A DNA stretch of 64,000 nucleotides from Tubiluchus corallicola (taxonomy: Eukaryota > Animalia > Priapulida), in contig JAQGDQ010000021.1 of the NCBI GenBank assembly GCA_030141605.1, positions 248,001 through 312,000 on the forward strand, in the 5' to 3' direction. The position numbers and the translations under genes were made by a program. A model generated the notes under the pieces. It had not been told where the DNA came from. It saw only the letters and a list, made by a program, of their open reading frames with translations, and made no database searches. Below are positions 1 through 13,699 of the stretch, piece after piece; the first letter of the stretch is position 1, and each line of letters begins with the position of its first letter.

Positions 1-335
1 TGATGTAGTCAAAGATTATTTTTTGTTATCTGTGTAATCTGGTGCAAATTGTATAAAATTAGCAAGAAAAATTCCAATACAGTAGTGTTTTACTTGTGCT
101 TTGCAGCATAAGCGTGTACATTGTAAAATATTCTAGAGATACTAGTGGTGTCAAGGCGAAACTAAATGAGCTTATTTTTGCCTGTACAAGGCATTTCATC
201 AATTTTTAAATATGATATAGTTAGCAGCAATGTTTAAACTGCATCTACCTGAATTTTGCCTTCAGTGCTGCTTTAAAGGCTAAGTGATCTTTCTTCGTAT
301 GTGCTTGTGAATGCTTGCCTTATATTCTCTTATAG

Positions 336-3030
336 GTGATAGTGACAGGAAACCAACGATGAATGATCTCAAAAACATGAAGTATTTGGACTGTGTTATA
401 AAGGTATTTATCTATAAAATTTTAGCTAGCTTGTACAGTGATAATGATTATATAGGTACAGTATGGACTTGAATGAGAGAAATAGATTTTGGTAATGGAG
501 AACACATTATTAATGATTATAAACTTACAGTCATCATCTAATCATTATAATATTGATATTTAAAGGAAAACCGGATGATTGTGTAAACACGAGTTCAGAA
601 TAAAGAATGCTGTAAAATATTGAAAACTACAATTGCTTATTTTAAATCAAAGCTTAGATTTAATAATAATTACCTCGGATACTCAAATTTCATAAACTGT
701 CAAAGCTACGTGCTGCTCAGTGAATCTAAGATTGGCAGCGGTGCCTTTTTGTTACGTGCGCGTGGCCGACAAATAGAAGGCGGTACCGTGATATCCATGA
801 TCATGAACTGCTGTGTTAGTTTCATGACATCATATGATGTAAAGTCCATTTTTCGTGACATCATGCGATTAAGCAGCACTGTAACACCTATGCAAATGTG
901 CTTGACACGCAAGGAAATACGCCTGCCATTGCACAAACTGTGATTAGTTTCTGACGTAAGCAATAGCTGTGTTCGGTTGACGTTAATTGACTTTCTAAGC
1001 TAATTATTCAAATACAAGGAACAATTGTTAACTTTTATAGGCAAGAAAATGTATATTTTGGACAGTAAATTAAAATGTGATTGAGTCTAAACCACCGATC
1101 TTCCTTTAATAATCTTGAATTTAAATTAGAACTGTGTCTATTTAAAATGGTTGTAACACGGTAATAACCGCCACATGCGGAATTGGCTTAAAGCAACATT
1201 CAGATTTTTAGTAAATTGCCAGTTTGGTAAACTAAACATAATGGCAAATGAGAACTTCTATTAGGCTTAATTAAATGCCAGTTGGAAATTTTTCTTTAAG
1301 GAGTAATTTCATCAATATATTCCTAACTAATTGCTTTTATTTATAGGAAGGTCTAAGGCTATTTCCATCAGTTCCAATGTTTGCCAGGAAAATAAATGAA
1401 GATTGTGAAATCCGTAAGTTGTAACATTCTGTTATAAAGTCACACTTTTTTGTGAACTTTAACTAAAGAACCTCATTTCAATTATTGGACTCAGTGTATT
1501 GCTTTGTATCATGCATTTAGTATACCAATGATTTGAGAAAGTTTTACTTAACGTTATACACCATGGGAGCCAAATACAGGGTGTTTCATAAGTTACTAAT
1601 TTGATTTTCAGTTTTCTTTATTACTTACTGACTAATGACATTCATCTTGCAGTAAACCCTTGCCAAGTAGCTGAAAAAAAATTTGAGTCTAGTTTTGGAG
1701 TTTTGTGCTGTTATGATGATATAGAGCCGGAGGTGTGAAATCGCATAGGTTGCTTGCTCGCCAGATCATGGACCATGCACTGTCTTTTTGCAGGGCTACA
1801 CCAAGAGGAAAATAAAGTTTGCCACCAAGCTGCAAAACCTCGTTTAATGTCAAACATGAAACCAAATTTAGTGCTACCAAATTATTATGAATCCAAGACT
1901 CAGCAACCTAATTGCCATATGGTTCCTTTTAAAATTGTTATTTTAGCAGACTTTTTAAAAATAACAAGGGTCTCGTGAAACACCTTACCTCAAGGCACAT
2001 AGAATACTTTTTGATATCTAACTTTAGTTAGTAGTGGCACGTATTTATTTTTAGATTGATGTAATTTCCCAATTGCAAGTCTCTCCCTGTTTTGCAAAAT
2101 TAGTGAAGGAAAAGTCGGGTACAAGCTTAAAGTAACCAACATGAAATTATTATAAGTAAATATTTTCTTATAAAAGTGACAGTGAAAGTTCTGGGTATGA
2201 AGCATTTTCATAGTGTTCTTATTAGTGGGTGATTTTTGATTTAACAAAGTCTAAAGTTAATTTAGTTAGTGATGTTAGTGTTTTTATTATTTACTAGGCT
2301 GCTTATCTTTTCAGATGGTTACACCATTCCAGCCGGCTCTTCTGCTCTTGTCGTCACGTACATGTTACATCGGGACGAAAAGTATTTTCCTGATCCAGAA
2401 AAATTTGATCCAGATCGTTTCCTGCCAGAAAACACCGCAAATCGACATGCATATGCCTATGTGCCATTCTCTGCTGGACTGAGAAACTGCATTGGTATGG
2501 CAAAATAATCTTATGTGTTTTTGTATGTTTTTCACTGACTGAATAGCTGCAATTATTAACTAAATTTGTGAAAAGTGATTGCACTGTGAAATAGCTGTGC
2601 TGATGACAAAAACAAGCTTCTAGATTTTGCTAGAACTGTTGACCTGCATAACATTGCGTAGAAGCACCGGCTTGGCTTTTAATAGAAAACATTAAATATC
2701 TGTGTAAGTGCAGGATGAAGTTGAAATCTAATTTGCCTTGTAACTAGCATTGATTTTGATTGTTAAGTCCTTTGCTGAATTCACGGTTTTTACAGGAACT
2801 ACAGAAATCTGCAAAATTTTTGCAATTAAATAATTGAAAGAAATTTTTTTTAACTAAGCTTTTTAACAGGTCAGAAGTTTGCCATTCTTGAAGAAAAAAC
2901 CATCATCTCTGGTTTAGTCCGTAATTTCACTCTGACAACTCGTCAGAGCAGGGAGGAGCTGTATCCTCATGGAGAGCTGATACTCCGTCCGGAGAGTGGG
3001 ATATTTGTTGAACTTCAACCCAGAGAGTAG
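336..3030 (+). CDS. Cytochrome P450 family 4 (CYP4V-like), last four coding exons; 5' part lies before the window
   Basis: Exons 336-403, 1347-1413, 2315-2494, 2870-3030, all AG/GT flanked and phase-compatible. Spliced product contains [18 protein letters not shown] (K-helix ExxR), FDPDRF (PERF motif), heme motif [14 protein letters not shown], and ends [19 protein letters not shown] (TAG 3028-3030). Confidence 0.95.
564..1105. mobile_element. Non-autonomous DNA transposon/MITE with TTAA target duplication (Kolobok/T2-like), in CYP intron
   Basis: TTAA (560-563) then AGGAAAACCGG... on the left; ...CCGATCTTCCT then TTAA (1106-1109) on the right. Imperfect terminal inverted repeats and a GC-richer interior than the flanks. 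Confidence 0.6.
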
Positions 3031-5134
3031 TGGGATTCAAATCGCTAGCTGTTAGGCAAAACAGGTGAATTACTCTTTTGGACCAAAACATGATTACAAT
3101 CATACTGCCTTACTCCAATTTTTTTACCAAAATTTTTATTTAGTTTGCATCCCAAATTCTTCTAAATTTGGCCATAAAATGTAAAATTAGTGATGTTTTT
3201 GCTGGTGAAATCATGTGAGCTGCAAAAGGTCAAATTGATGGCTAGTTAATCATTCTGAGGTAAAATGTAGATTTTGTTAAATTTAATGATAACTATGGCA
3301 GTACAAGCCGACAGAGTGTGAGATATTTTGAGCCAAAATTCTGCTAAATGCAGAATAGCTTTAAACTTACTTACACTGCCCTTATTTTCGATTTCCATGT
3401 TACTTTAGAATTAAAAATAAAATGTATAAAAAATGTGTAATTTTATTATAAGTCGTTGCAAATAACAGGTGCTATGCCATACTGAACAATGCAAAGTTTA
3501 AATCTGTATTATTTATATTATAATAGAAGACACTAATATAATATCCATTTTGTAGTATCAAATCTGTTACAGTATAAAGTTCTCCTGTGCTACAAGAAAA
3601 TGGATTGTAGTGCCCAAATTCCGATTAAACTGATTACATACAGATTAGTCAGTAGTTTATTTTTTTAATTTTTTGTTAAGTTAATTATTGTGTGTACTAT
3701 ATACAATTTGGTAAGGCAGATATATTACAAATGTTTAATTATATTGGATTAGCAAATTGTTGTTTGTGTTATACACGGAACAAAAATGTATTTTAGGAAA
3801 ATGATGTTTAACTATTACATTTATGATAACTTTTACGTCACTAGATAGTTAAATATTCAGTCAAATGTAGAACAATGTGATTATTATTTATGTAAACTCA
3901 TTAATTGGAAGATTCTGAGTTTTATCATACTTAAATGTTGGTGTACACAAAATTATGCTATTGTCAATCATTAGTCATCTATAATCTTAATATAATCTTG
4001 AGATTATTAATAATTGGGTCCGTGGCTCAAATCCATTTTAAAATCTGATTTTCACACTTTCTGTTATGTGTTAGGTTTGGCTTATTAACCTGCAAATGTT
4101 TTTAATAGAAAAATGCTGTTTTTGAAACGCTGGGGCTTTTTTGTCAGATAACACTTGCGAGTTTGATGTTTGGTAATTGCTGGTTGATTCTATTTTATTA
4201 AACAAATATGCTTGTTTTTTTTGCTTTTTTATTAGCACATATGCTTAATGCCATCGAGTATTATTCTTCTACATTTATATGTAGTTTGTAATAAATGTGA
4301 AGTATTAAGTGAAGTATTAAATATTACATAAGTGATACGAAGTTAAGGATGGACAAAATTTTTATTTTGGTCTGCAACTATTAAGCTTCCGTTTGAGACT
4401 ACAACTACAATCCCAGTTGATATTATTGTTCATGATATTGCAATTGAAGCCAGTGACGAACAAATAATTTCTAGTATAATTTTAGAGTATTATTATTTTT
4501 ATTTAACGAATGTACTGTTGTTGTTGCTTATGGTGAATGCTTTTAGCAGTTTTACACCATAGAATGTTTTAATTTTTATGAAAATAAAACTTAGAATATA
4601 AATAATAAGCTGTGCAGATGTTGTTTAGCTGTTTCATTGGTGTAGCTTGCCAATCTGAAATGTTAAATCTTGGCACTATAGCCTTTATTAATTAACTGTA
4701 GCAAATAACAGCAAAAGATCTGAGTAAAATTTGTAGAAATCGTACCTGAGATTTTATAAGTATTAAGAAATACAAGAAATCTTTTACCAGAGCATTATCT
4801 TTACAACAATATCAAAAATGCCATTTTTATAGATGTACTTTCAATAGGTGAAATGAAAATAATCCATAAAATGGAATTTTTTAATACTGATATGAACATC
4901 CATAAAATAACATTTTTTAATTTTGGCCACAAATACATGTAATTGCAATATTTTTACATAGTGAAGTATCAATTTCACGAAGGTTGTCTGAAGATCACAA
5001 AGTTGCACTTTTACAAGAAAAATCATAATTACAGCCTATACAGTTGAAAATATTCCAATTTTTTTACAGTTTGGCACTTGCTAGCATGGAATGATTGTGG
5101 TGGGATTGGAAACTAGCTTAATATCAAGAGCAGT

Positions 5135-5236
5135 GTCCAGTTTCACGAAGCCGGCTCTAACTTACAGACGTCGTTATTAATAGTTAAGCAAATGTAATAA
5201 TGACGTCATTAACTAACGCCTTTGTGAAATTGGCCC
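5135..5236. mobile_element. ~100-bp MITE, family shared with the copy near 57.3 kb
   Basis: TIRs CCAGTTTCACGAAG / CTTTGTGAAATTGG. Its reverse complement matches 57245-57342 over the internal ACGTCATTATTAC.TTTG..AACT.TTAATAA core. Confidence 0.6.
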
Positions 5237-8200
5237 AAAATCTAGAATAAAATAGATCTCTAGGGTCATGTACGCCCCAATCAGCACAGATGTTTTAGCG
5301 AGATTCGAACCAGAATTGGTATAGTTAATGAAGCTGCCAAAATGAGTATTAAACCCTCGGTGGTTACACATTCATTCGTTATCAGCTTCCGCATTACTTA
5401 ACTTTAGATTGTTAAGCCCACAGCGTGTGACCATCAGTTGTTAACATCGCTTCCACGTCAACCAAAAACACTTTATGAGCACGCAAGTGGAATAAAAGTA
5501 GCCAAGAAAGCTTTCTATCAACTAGAAGTATTTTTAAAAACCAGAGTTAACAAGTAGACCAATTAATCTAACTATACAACGTTATGATTAAAGGGTGATG
5601 TGAACTTGTGTTAACTGATTGTAGCATCTAATATCTATATTCCACTTTTGGAATGCTCTATGTAAGAAAACATTACACATGAAACGCTACGAGTGAGCAT
5701 TCCAAGTTTCCAACGTTCTCACAGCATAAATAAACAAGCCATAGCAAGAAGGCACTGTAAGCTTTACTTAAGCTTTTTGCTGGCAAGTGTACAATAATCC
5801 TTCTGCCGAGTTTAAGATAGTGACCTTACCATGTTTTTATTCGAAACACCAGGGTATTACATAAGGAGCGAAGTTTTCATTTTATTTATTCGACAAACAA
5901 AAAAGGAGCTAAACGTTTGCTTCCGTCCTCTCTTTTGCAGTAATTCTTAATAAGTTGCATTATAATTTTCAGAATGTAATATGATTTAATTTAAAAACCG
6001 AAAGGTTTGTATGGCGTTTCAGGCGTTTCTCTTTCATTAATGCAGGGTGGATTTTGTGTAGGCCTTACTTTGTTTGAAGTCTGCTAACCTAACAGCTGAG
6101 CGTTTCACAACACGACAGTTTGTAGTGTCTTAGTAGCTTAACAACAAAATTGCAATTACCGTTCAGTAAGTCTCTTGGTACATTACATATCAGTTTGGTG
6201 AAGTCCTGTGTGCACAAGATATACCTTGTACATTTACCTGCCGATCGTCTCTCGTTGAAAGAGACCTTTAAAAAAATGTTAAGTGAGCGTTTGGTAGATG
6301 CACATTTGCATGCTAATTACAAGTCAATCTAGTTAAATCAGATGCTTATGAAATAGACTTTCCGCTAATGCATCTCGCGAAATTTTCTTATAATTGTGTG
6401 TAGATTACAGTAAGTTGAACGGCCTACAACAGCGTTTACATTCACTCAAGTTAGCCAACATTTGTGACCCATCTGTTATCGCCTTGTCTCTCGCTTCTGT
6501 CACACTCGGCTAAAGTTCCTTCTACAAATATAAACTTCCTCTATAATTTTCGTTTGTTCCCATGAGGTTCAGGTGAAGGATATGCGACATGACGCGAACT
6601 CGCGCGCTTTATTTGAACATTAGACCGTCGCGCAACTGTTTGTGGTGGCATTACCTGACTAGACCAACTACTTACTATAACCGTGCAATGATTCCCCGAA
6701 CCACTGAGCCCTGTGAAGAATACGTAATAGCTAATACATTGAATGTATTCCTTCTATATAGAGAATACGTGTATTTTGCTTTTATGGTGCAGAGTTATAT
6801 TGCAGTTGATGGTGCCATCTGTTGCCAAATTCCCAAATTAATTGTCAAGAATCAAGTTTTAATTTCTGCGCAGGGTTTACATGCTCAGTAGTTTTACTCA
6901 GTGTGTTATCATATAGTGCATATTTTTAGGCATAAGCCTTGGGTGTTAGCACCGAGCTTTTCACCACGTAGCTACGAGTCACACATGTGCGGCTCATGCT
7001 GCGTTAGCTGTCCCGCTGTTTCGCTTACTACTGCTGCACTTGGGTTTTTGGTTTCACCTCAAAGCCAACTAAAGTGAACAGGGCTGCCTCCTCTTATCGG
7101 TTCAGGCTTGGTCAGTTTGTTTCCTAAATTTGTGCATTGTGTTTAGATTCCTCAACGTCCGGGTAGTGATTTCCAAATGAGCTGAAATTTCCAGCCGAAG
7201 TTTAATGCTTGATACGCAGACAGGATATCCGGAATACTCGATTACTAATGACCAACTTTTCATAGAAGGTGAGTTGTTCTGTGAGTGAACCAGTGCGCTT
7301 TGAAGTGCTAATTAAATATACAGACAAACTATAATTATGAGGGTTATTAAACTGAATGTGTCTCAGATGAAACTGGATGGCATTGGCATTAATTAAGCGC
7401 ATGCAAGCTCTTTTGACACTGCTATCTGCATACTAGGTCTATACATAGATTATACAGGTCTAACTAGGTTTTTAACGAATTGCAAATCATGTTTGCAATC
7501 AGTAATTTATTTCCCGTTTTTTGAGTTCCTTGAATTTAAGTTTTTTGAATGTCGAGTCAAATTTTTGAAATTGCGCTTTATTTGTGCACTGAATTTAATT
7601 TGTAGGTTTAATTGGTTTTCAACTCCATGCACTTTGCGGCGGTCGATGATCAAGCGCTTAGTATATAATACGAGATATTTATCGTACAGATAATGCTTAA
7701 TCAATAATTGCATTAAATTAAATTTAAATTCATGTGTGACGTTTGCTTAGTTCGACTAGGAATTCAGAGCATCATCTGAAGAACGAATTGACTTCACAGC
7801 AATAAAATTTTTCTGTATTTTGAGATTTAGGTATGGAGCATAGTTTTTGTTCTGTATCGCATATCCAACTCGATCCGTCGAAATTTTGAAGAAATAAGGG
7901 TCCATGGTTTAACATATAACATGCCCGGCGAACATTTGCACATCTTTTACCTTTCAGTCACACTTGGGTTCATATACTTAATAAGTGTGCATGAGCAGAT
8001 TCCATCAGGTTAGGAAGTTAACCTAAGGAAGGTTAGCAAATGGACGAATGCTGCTTCTAAACAGTTTCTTCTGCAGTACTATCACAGGTGTTCACCTCAT
8101 TGATTGAAGATGCGTGTATTCACCATACATGGTTAACGTACCTCCGCCGGTTCCAGTGTCTTACATCAGACAATTGCTCTTTAATAATTAGGCAAATTCG

Positions 8201-11200
8201 GGCCCCGCTATAACCCTGCTACATTAAATTGGGAGCTGCAATGTGCGAACTGTGCAAAAAAGCCTTGGAAAAGTTTTGCTATTTATGAATGATAGTTGGT
8301 ATGCCTTGAAGGCACGAGCGCGCAGCTCTGACATGTCTCTCAACAGATTTCTGGGCGCGGGGTTTTGGTGTTTAATAATATTTTGATGTATCGCGCATTT
8401 CATTATGGGCGTGCTCGAGAAGCACATCACGTTAAATACATTTTTATTCTAAACTGATGACAACGCGGCTTTTCAAGGGTATTGGCACAAGCACAATTAG
8501 CCTAATTATTGTGATTATGACAGGAAATTGTTAAAATTGTCCAGCAAACAAATCAGTTTTGTCGGCCTGTAACAGACTTAAAAGTGGTAGGTCCGGATTT
8601 TGGATCCATGCTGTATTAAATCTCCTCTTGAATGGGATTATAAATGTGTATTTAGGGAGGTGTTTTCGAGGTTAATAGCAACTTTTTTGTTGTCAGTAAC
8701 TTTGATCTTTTTTAAAAGTTTGTGCCGTTTCGGGGTTGAGTTCAGGTTCCCGCGATAGGTGCCATCTTCGTTACATAAAGGAAGACAGTATAATACCTCA
8801 TTTTCAAGTCCGATAAAAAGTATACATTTTAACACAATTAATACTGGACAATTGTTTTTTATAATTAAATAATGTAGATTAAAAACTTAACTGACGGCGG
8901 GGCGAGGCCACCTGACATCACGAACTAGAATAATTTTCAAGAGCAAAATTATTTCACGAGCGTGTTACACGTGTTTGCGAAAGCGAAAATTGAAGTACAG
9001 TGCTACTGTAAGATATTTAGTGTATTGTGCTAAAACTAGGCAAGTTCTAAAATAAAAATTCAAATTTCAAATTTACCGCTGTGCTCACGCATGAGCTGTC
9101 GAACGTGTGTACTTCGTCACAAACTAACATATCTGAACTGAGAGGTACTGCGCCTATTTCTTGTGCAATGCGTTTCCGAAATGCAGGCGCTAGTGCCCGT
9201 CTAACTAGCAAATGGCGCAATGCATGCAACAGCGAAGAACTAGTGGCGCGAAGGTGAAATTACGTTTGTTTGGTAATAATTCTTTCGCGTAAGTCATTTT
9301 TGAAAAAAATAATATGTTTCCTTTCAATATTTTAAACAGTAGATTTTGTTTTAACCTGCAGTTTAAGATTAGGTCGGGGTTTGTTTTAAGTTCAAGTCGT
9401 GTTTGTGCCGTAGTCCCGCAAGTATAAGTGCCATACTTAGACAAAAACTACTACACTCACTAATTCGAAATTTTCCGTTAATTACGTTGGTACAGCTCCG
9501 CGCCCGGCGATAAATAATATTGAACTGTAATTCCAACGCTTTCGGGCATTCTAAATATTTTATACGGGCTGCAACTTGTGTTAAGAGGTTTGGAACGGTG
9601 GCAATTTGTTAGTCTAAGTGTAGTTCTTAATCAGTGCAAAACTAATTGGGCAAGAAATAAGTCAGCCTGCAGTTAAATTTACTGCCTACATTTAGGGTTA
9701 TTCATAAAAAGGCATTTTGTCACGGTGATATAATATTACCTTGCTCAATACACGTCGAGCACAAGCAGCAAGTGTGACACAGTTGCAGTTTTCAAGGAGT
9801 TTCACTCCAAGTGGCGTCTTTAACACAAATGACTAAAGACACTCACTCAGGCAAGTTGTGAAGTCCAATGATGTATAAAGAGATCACGTGTCGAAGAAAT
9901 ATAGGCGGCGAAATGTTTTTTCTTTTTAAGAAGCTGAAATGGTTGGTTTTGTATTGTAATTGCAGTGTTCAGTGAATCTGTCAGTTTTTCGTAAGGAAAA
10001 TTCCGATTTCTTTTTTAATTTGCGTCTAACATAGGGCAGGATATATATGCCACAACTAAGCCTAATTGTGTTAGGAGTAGAATCCAATAAACTCACGTAA
10101 GCAATTCTAAATTTGGATGTCTAAACATTAGAATTTAAATCCAAGACTTTCTGCTATCTGGGTAGTTATGCTAGAGAAGTTTGAATAACAAATCGTAAGA
10201 CCTAGCCAACCACAGGAACACTTCGCTATGTTCAAATTTGTAAAGAAAGAAAACAGTCGAGTATCCCGCCGAGTTTGGGAAGCTGTTGATGAAGTGGTAC
10301 TGATGGAACAGATGCAGTGGGAAGCTGCTAACTAGCAACAAGCAAACACGGTTTTGTACAGCAAAGTACCGCGGGAGGTCGTTACCGTATACTGCATGTC
10401 ACAGTTCATGCGATTCCAACATAAACACAATTTCTCAAACTGCTTTGATGGCAAAGCTTCTGAAATGCTCAGCCAAGCTGCCTCACTACCCTTACACAAA
10501 CACTGTTCCTCTAGGGCACACCTTTTATGTTTGCGCGCGAAACGAATCAATGTATAAATAAAAATAACGAAAAGTAGTAAAGATAACGGTAACTTTTATG
10601 AGCAGCGGCGACGATCATAGCAGCAAATGCCAGCAACAAGAATCACAAAACAAAAACGACGATTACAACAAGGGCAATACCATAAGCAGCTACGTCACTG
10701 TCGGCGACGATGACCAACCAAGTTGAACGAACTAACCAACAGAATAACTGCATGGCTAATAAAACATCTTCAAATAATTTAATTAATTTTTTAATATAGT
10801 AGTTGTTTTTTGCTAGTTATTTGGTTGGTTGGTCGGTCAAGTGTAAATTGACTATAATTGTTGCATTCAGCTAAAATCTGCTGAGGTAAACTGTCATCGC
10901 TGCGTCATCGAAATGCATTAGCCGGACGGTCTGCTTTAGTTTTCAGTTTTAACTGTCAGTTCAAACAAATTTAATTGTAAACTGGAGCAGTTTGGCTCTT
11001 ATTCAGTTATTTTTAAGTGTTTCGTCGTGAAGCCACATTTCATTTTATATACCTGTTAAAAATTGTTCGTAGTAAATTACCAGTATCGTTAACGCAATAT
11101 CTACACATTAGGACAGGTGAGGATGTCCTAATTATGCATAGCTGGAAAACTTTGGACTGGGGTACACAAAAAGGGCTCACAAAGAACACCTGATTTGTCT

Positions 11201-11399
11201 TCAAATTCAAATTCACATTCAACTTTTGGCCCAAGGTCACGTTCAAAATTAACAATGAAACCATTTGCTTACCTTCTTGACAAAAATCTAAAGCGAAGGA
11301 TTCCACGCCACAAGTGTTTATTTTAGTTTATGTGAGCACCGATTACTGTACACTGCGTGTCCTGATTTACCGTGTTGTTCTTCCCTATTAAGAAGGCTA

Positions 11400-12220
11400 A
11401 GCAATAAGATGGTACCGTTAAGCTTGGAACTTGGCAGGAGTTGTGTGTTAGTGCTCGCTCGTCTGGTTTCAATTTCGTACACATCTCCTCGGGCAGAAGC
11501 CAAGTTTAGAAAGAAACAACCCAGATGTGGGCCAGTCCTGCCACGCAATAGCGTAAAAATTCGTCATACGCGGTAATGAGACTACGATATGTTTGATGGC
11601 TTTCCGCAGTTTTACACTTTCTTTTTCTTTCGTATTGCTGACGTTTTGGTATTGAAGGCCACATAGGTGACGAAAACTGGAAACCATAATGCTAAAGACT
11701 GAAACATGGTGAAGAAATGCAAAGATAGCATGAAGTAACTCTGTTGTGTTCTACTGTGGCTTTATCACCCATACCAGTGTTGTAAGTCCATGAAAAATGG
11801 ATTAATAGGTTTTCTGAGCATATTTTCTGACTGGAAGTCTCCTTGGCATCATACAGCTTGTGAAGAGATGTATATAAGAAGTGTACCACTATTGTCGAAC
11901 ACTCTTCGCTCGAAAAAACCGTCATATCTTTGGCCATATTATGCTTAGACCATATTATCGGCCGTTTGCTTGAAGTGTTGTTAAAAAATTACAGAATACG
12001 TGATGTTATACTGTAAAACATGCTGTAAAACTATATTGCATGTTCGCATGATTCTGTTGAATTTGTTAATGGATGCTGAAAGTTGTAATGATACAGAACT
12101 AATGACAACTAGTGACACATTCTTGCGTGTTTCGCAAAAACTACAGCAGGCGCAGATATTGTAATTCTTCAAATACACGTAAAATAGATTTAATTAGTCA
12201 GGATTTCTCATAAAAGATTA
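11400..12220 (-). pseudogene. Decayed LGR-type (glycoprotein-hormone-receptor-like) 7TM GPCR relic
   Basis: Motifs in the expected order across stops and frameshifts: ILRVF (before TM1), TVFSSE (TM3, 11905-11922), KAIKHIV..TNF..W..P (TM6, near 11560), NSCQVPSL (TM7, cf. NSCANPFL, 11419-11442). Confidence 0.45.
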
Positions 12221-12714
12221 TGTAATGCACTATACTGCTTTTTGGCTTACGTAGTGCGTGGTGTCTGGCTACATGTCGTTTGTTCATTTAGGAGACATGT
12301 ATTCGTCCATGCTCACCTTAAATATGTCTATTCGTGGTCCGTGGCCCTCTTGAACAGGTATATTCGTCTATGTTCTCTTTAAACAGACTTCGTATCAGTA
12401 CGGTAAGTTTGTGATATGCTCAGATGCTAAATTTACACTAGAGGTTGGTGTAATTTTATAATAATTAGGACAGACAGCAGATGCTGTCTGGCATGTTTTA
12501 TTGCTTTAAAAACAAGGATCATAAAGATTTTAACCCTGTTCACATGTTTTTATCGTTTTGTCAAGTGGTGTGAAAGTGTATAGCTGCATTTTGATCCAAG
12601 TATGGTGCTCATCGCGCCTTTGCCTTCGAGAAAAGTTGTTTTTCCAACAATCGCGTGCAATAGCTGTGTTATTGCCAAGAGAAGCGTTCCATTATTTGTG
12701 CGAACACACCTTTA

Positions 12715-12906
12715 AGCGGCGTTCACCAGACATCCGGAACGCGGTATTTCGTGTCCAGCTGCGTATAAAAAATCAATAGGAAAAATAGGGGCAGAAAAAA
12801 TAACGTAATAACGCAGTTCTTATGATAACCGGTTTATTGAAAACAACATAAAGTGAGTTTTACGCAATAACACATAACGCATTCCGGATGTCTGGTAAAC
12901 GCCGCT
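12715..12906. mobile_element. PIF/Harbinger (Tourist)-like MITE
   Basis: ~33-bp near-perfect TIRs AGCGGCGTTCACCAGACATCCGGAACGCG / CGCATTCCGGATGTCTGGTAAACGCCGCT with a 3-bp TTA duplication (12712-12714, 12907-12909). Confidence 0.85.
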
Positions 12907-13441
12907 TTAGAATTCCTTCTTTCGTTGGCGATATCTGTATGAGCTTGTTGCGCTCGGACACTTAATTTTTTCATCCAAAAGGAACAAGTATTTTAATGAG
13001 AAAAATATCAACTATACTAAACGTAGACTAGAGCTTAAGGCGTGAGTCACGTGAATCATTGATTTTTTTAACTTGAGTATTTTTGCTCATTTTATTAGCT
13101 TATAGTTTCATAATTGATACAGGTATCCACCCCTACTCGTTGTCCTTCTAATATGGAAACGTATTACTAACGTATTTTTAGAATTTACTCCGTGTTTTTT
13201 CTTACCATCTACCATGGTGTAAATCATTTTACATGTATTTTGCACTTTGTTCTTTTCATGTAATACTTCTTGCACTAAAATAAAATGAAAAGAAAAGAAA
13301 AGTAAATAAATATACGAACTTTTAATTACGAAGTGAGAGAGTTTTATCGTTTTCCAAACTCCTTCATGTGAAGCGGCGACTATCTCGCCCGTACGTCCGT
13401 TTAGTGACATCTTAGTCACAATCTGCTTACAAACAACTGTG

Positions 13442-13675
13442 TAGAATTTCGGTCCAATCGGGTGGTGATGAAGGGATCACGCCGCTGGATCCTGGTGCAT
13501 AATTGCGAAGAAATTTCTGTGCTTTAAAGAATGCAGCTGTGCAGCTGTCTTGTTCACAATTTGCTAACAAAACTAGAATTTCGGTCCGATTGGGTGGGGG
13601 TCAAAGGGCTCAAGCCGCTGGATCCTGGTGCATAATTGTAAAGAAATTTTTGTGCTTTAAAGAACACAGCTGTGC
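13442..13675. repeat. Tandem direct duplication of a ~100-bp unit
   Basis: 13442-13542 and 13574-13675 share TAGAATTTCGGTCC...GCCGCTGGATCCTGGTGCATAATTG...GCTTTAAAGAA..CAGCTGTGC. Confidence 0.9.
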
Positions 13676-13699
13676 TTGAATGTAACAAAAGTTGTTTCA

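Noticed and set aside
620-963. Overlapping 107-aa and 85-aa ORFs in the CYP intron
   Set aside because: Inside a TTAA-flanked MITE, non-ATG start for the longer one, and no recognisable domain.
2467-2494. Heme motif [10 protein letters not shown] instead of the usual CYP4 FSAGPRNCIG
   Set aside because: The position is variable in FxxGxRxCxG and the axial Cys is intact.
7900-10560. Several short ORFs with faint LRR-like or coding-like composition
   Set aside because: No ordered motifs or splice-consistent structure could be established by eye.
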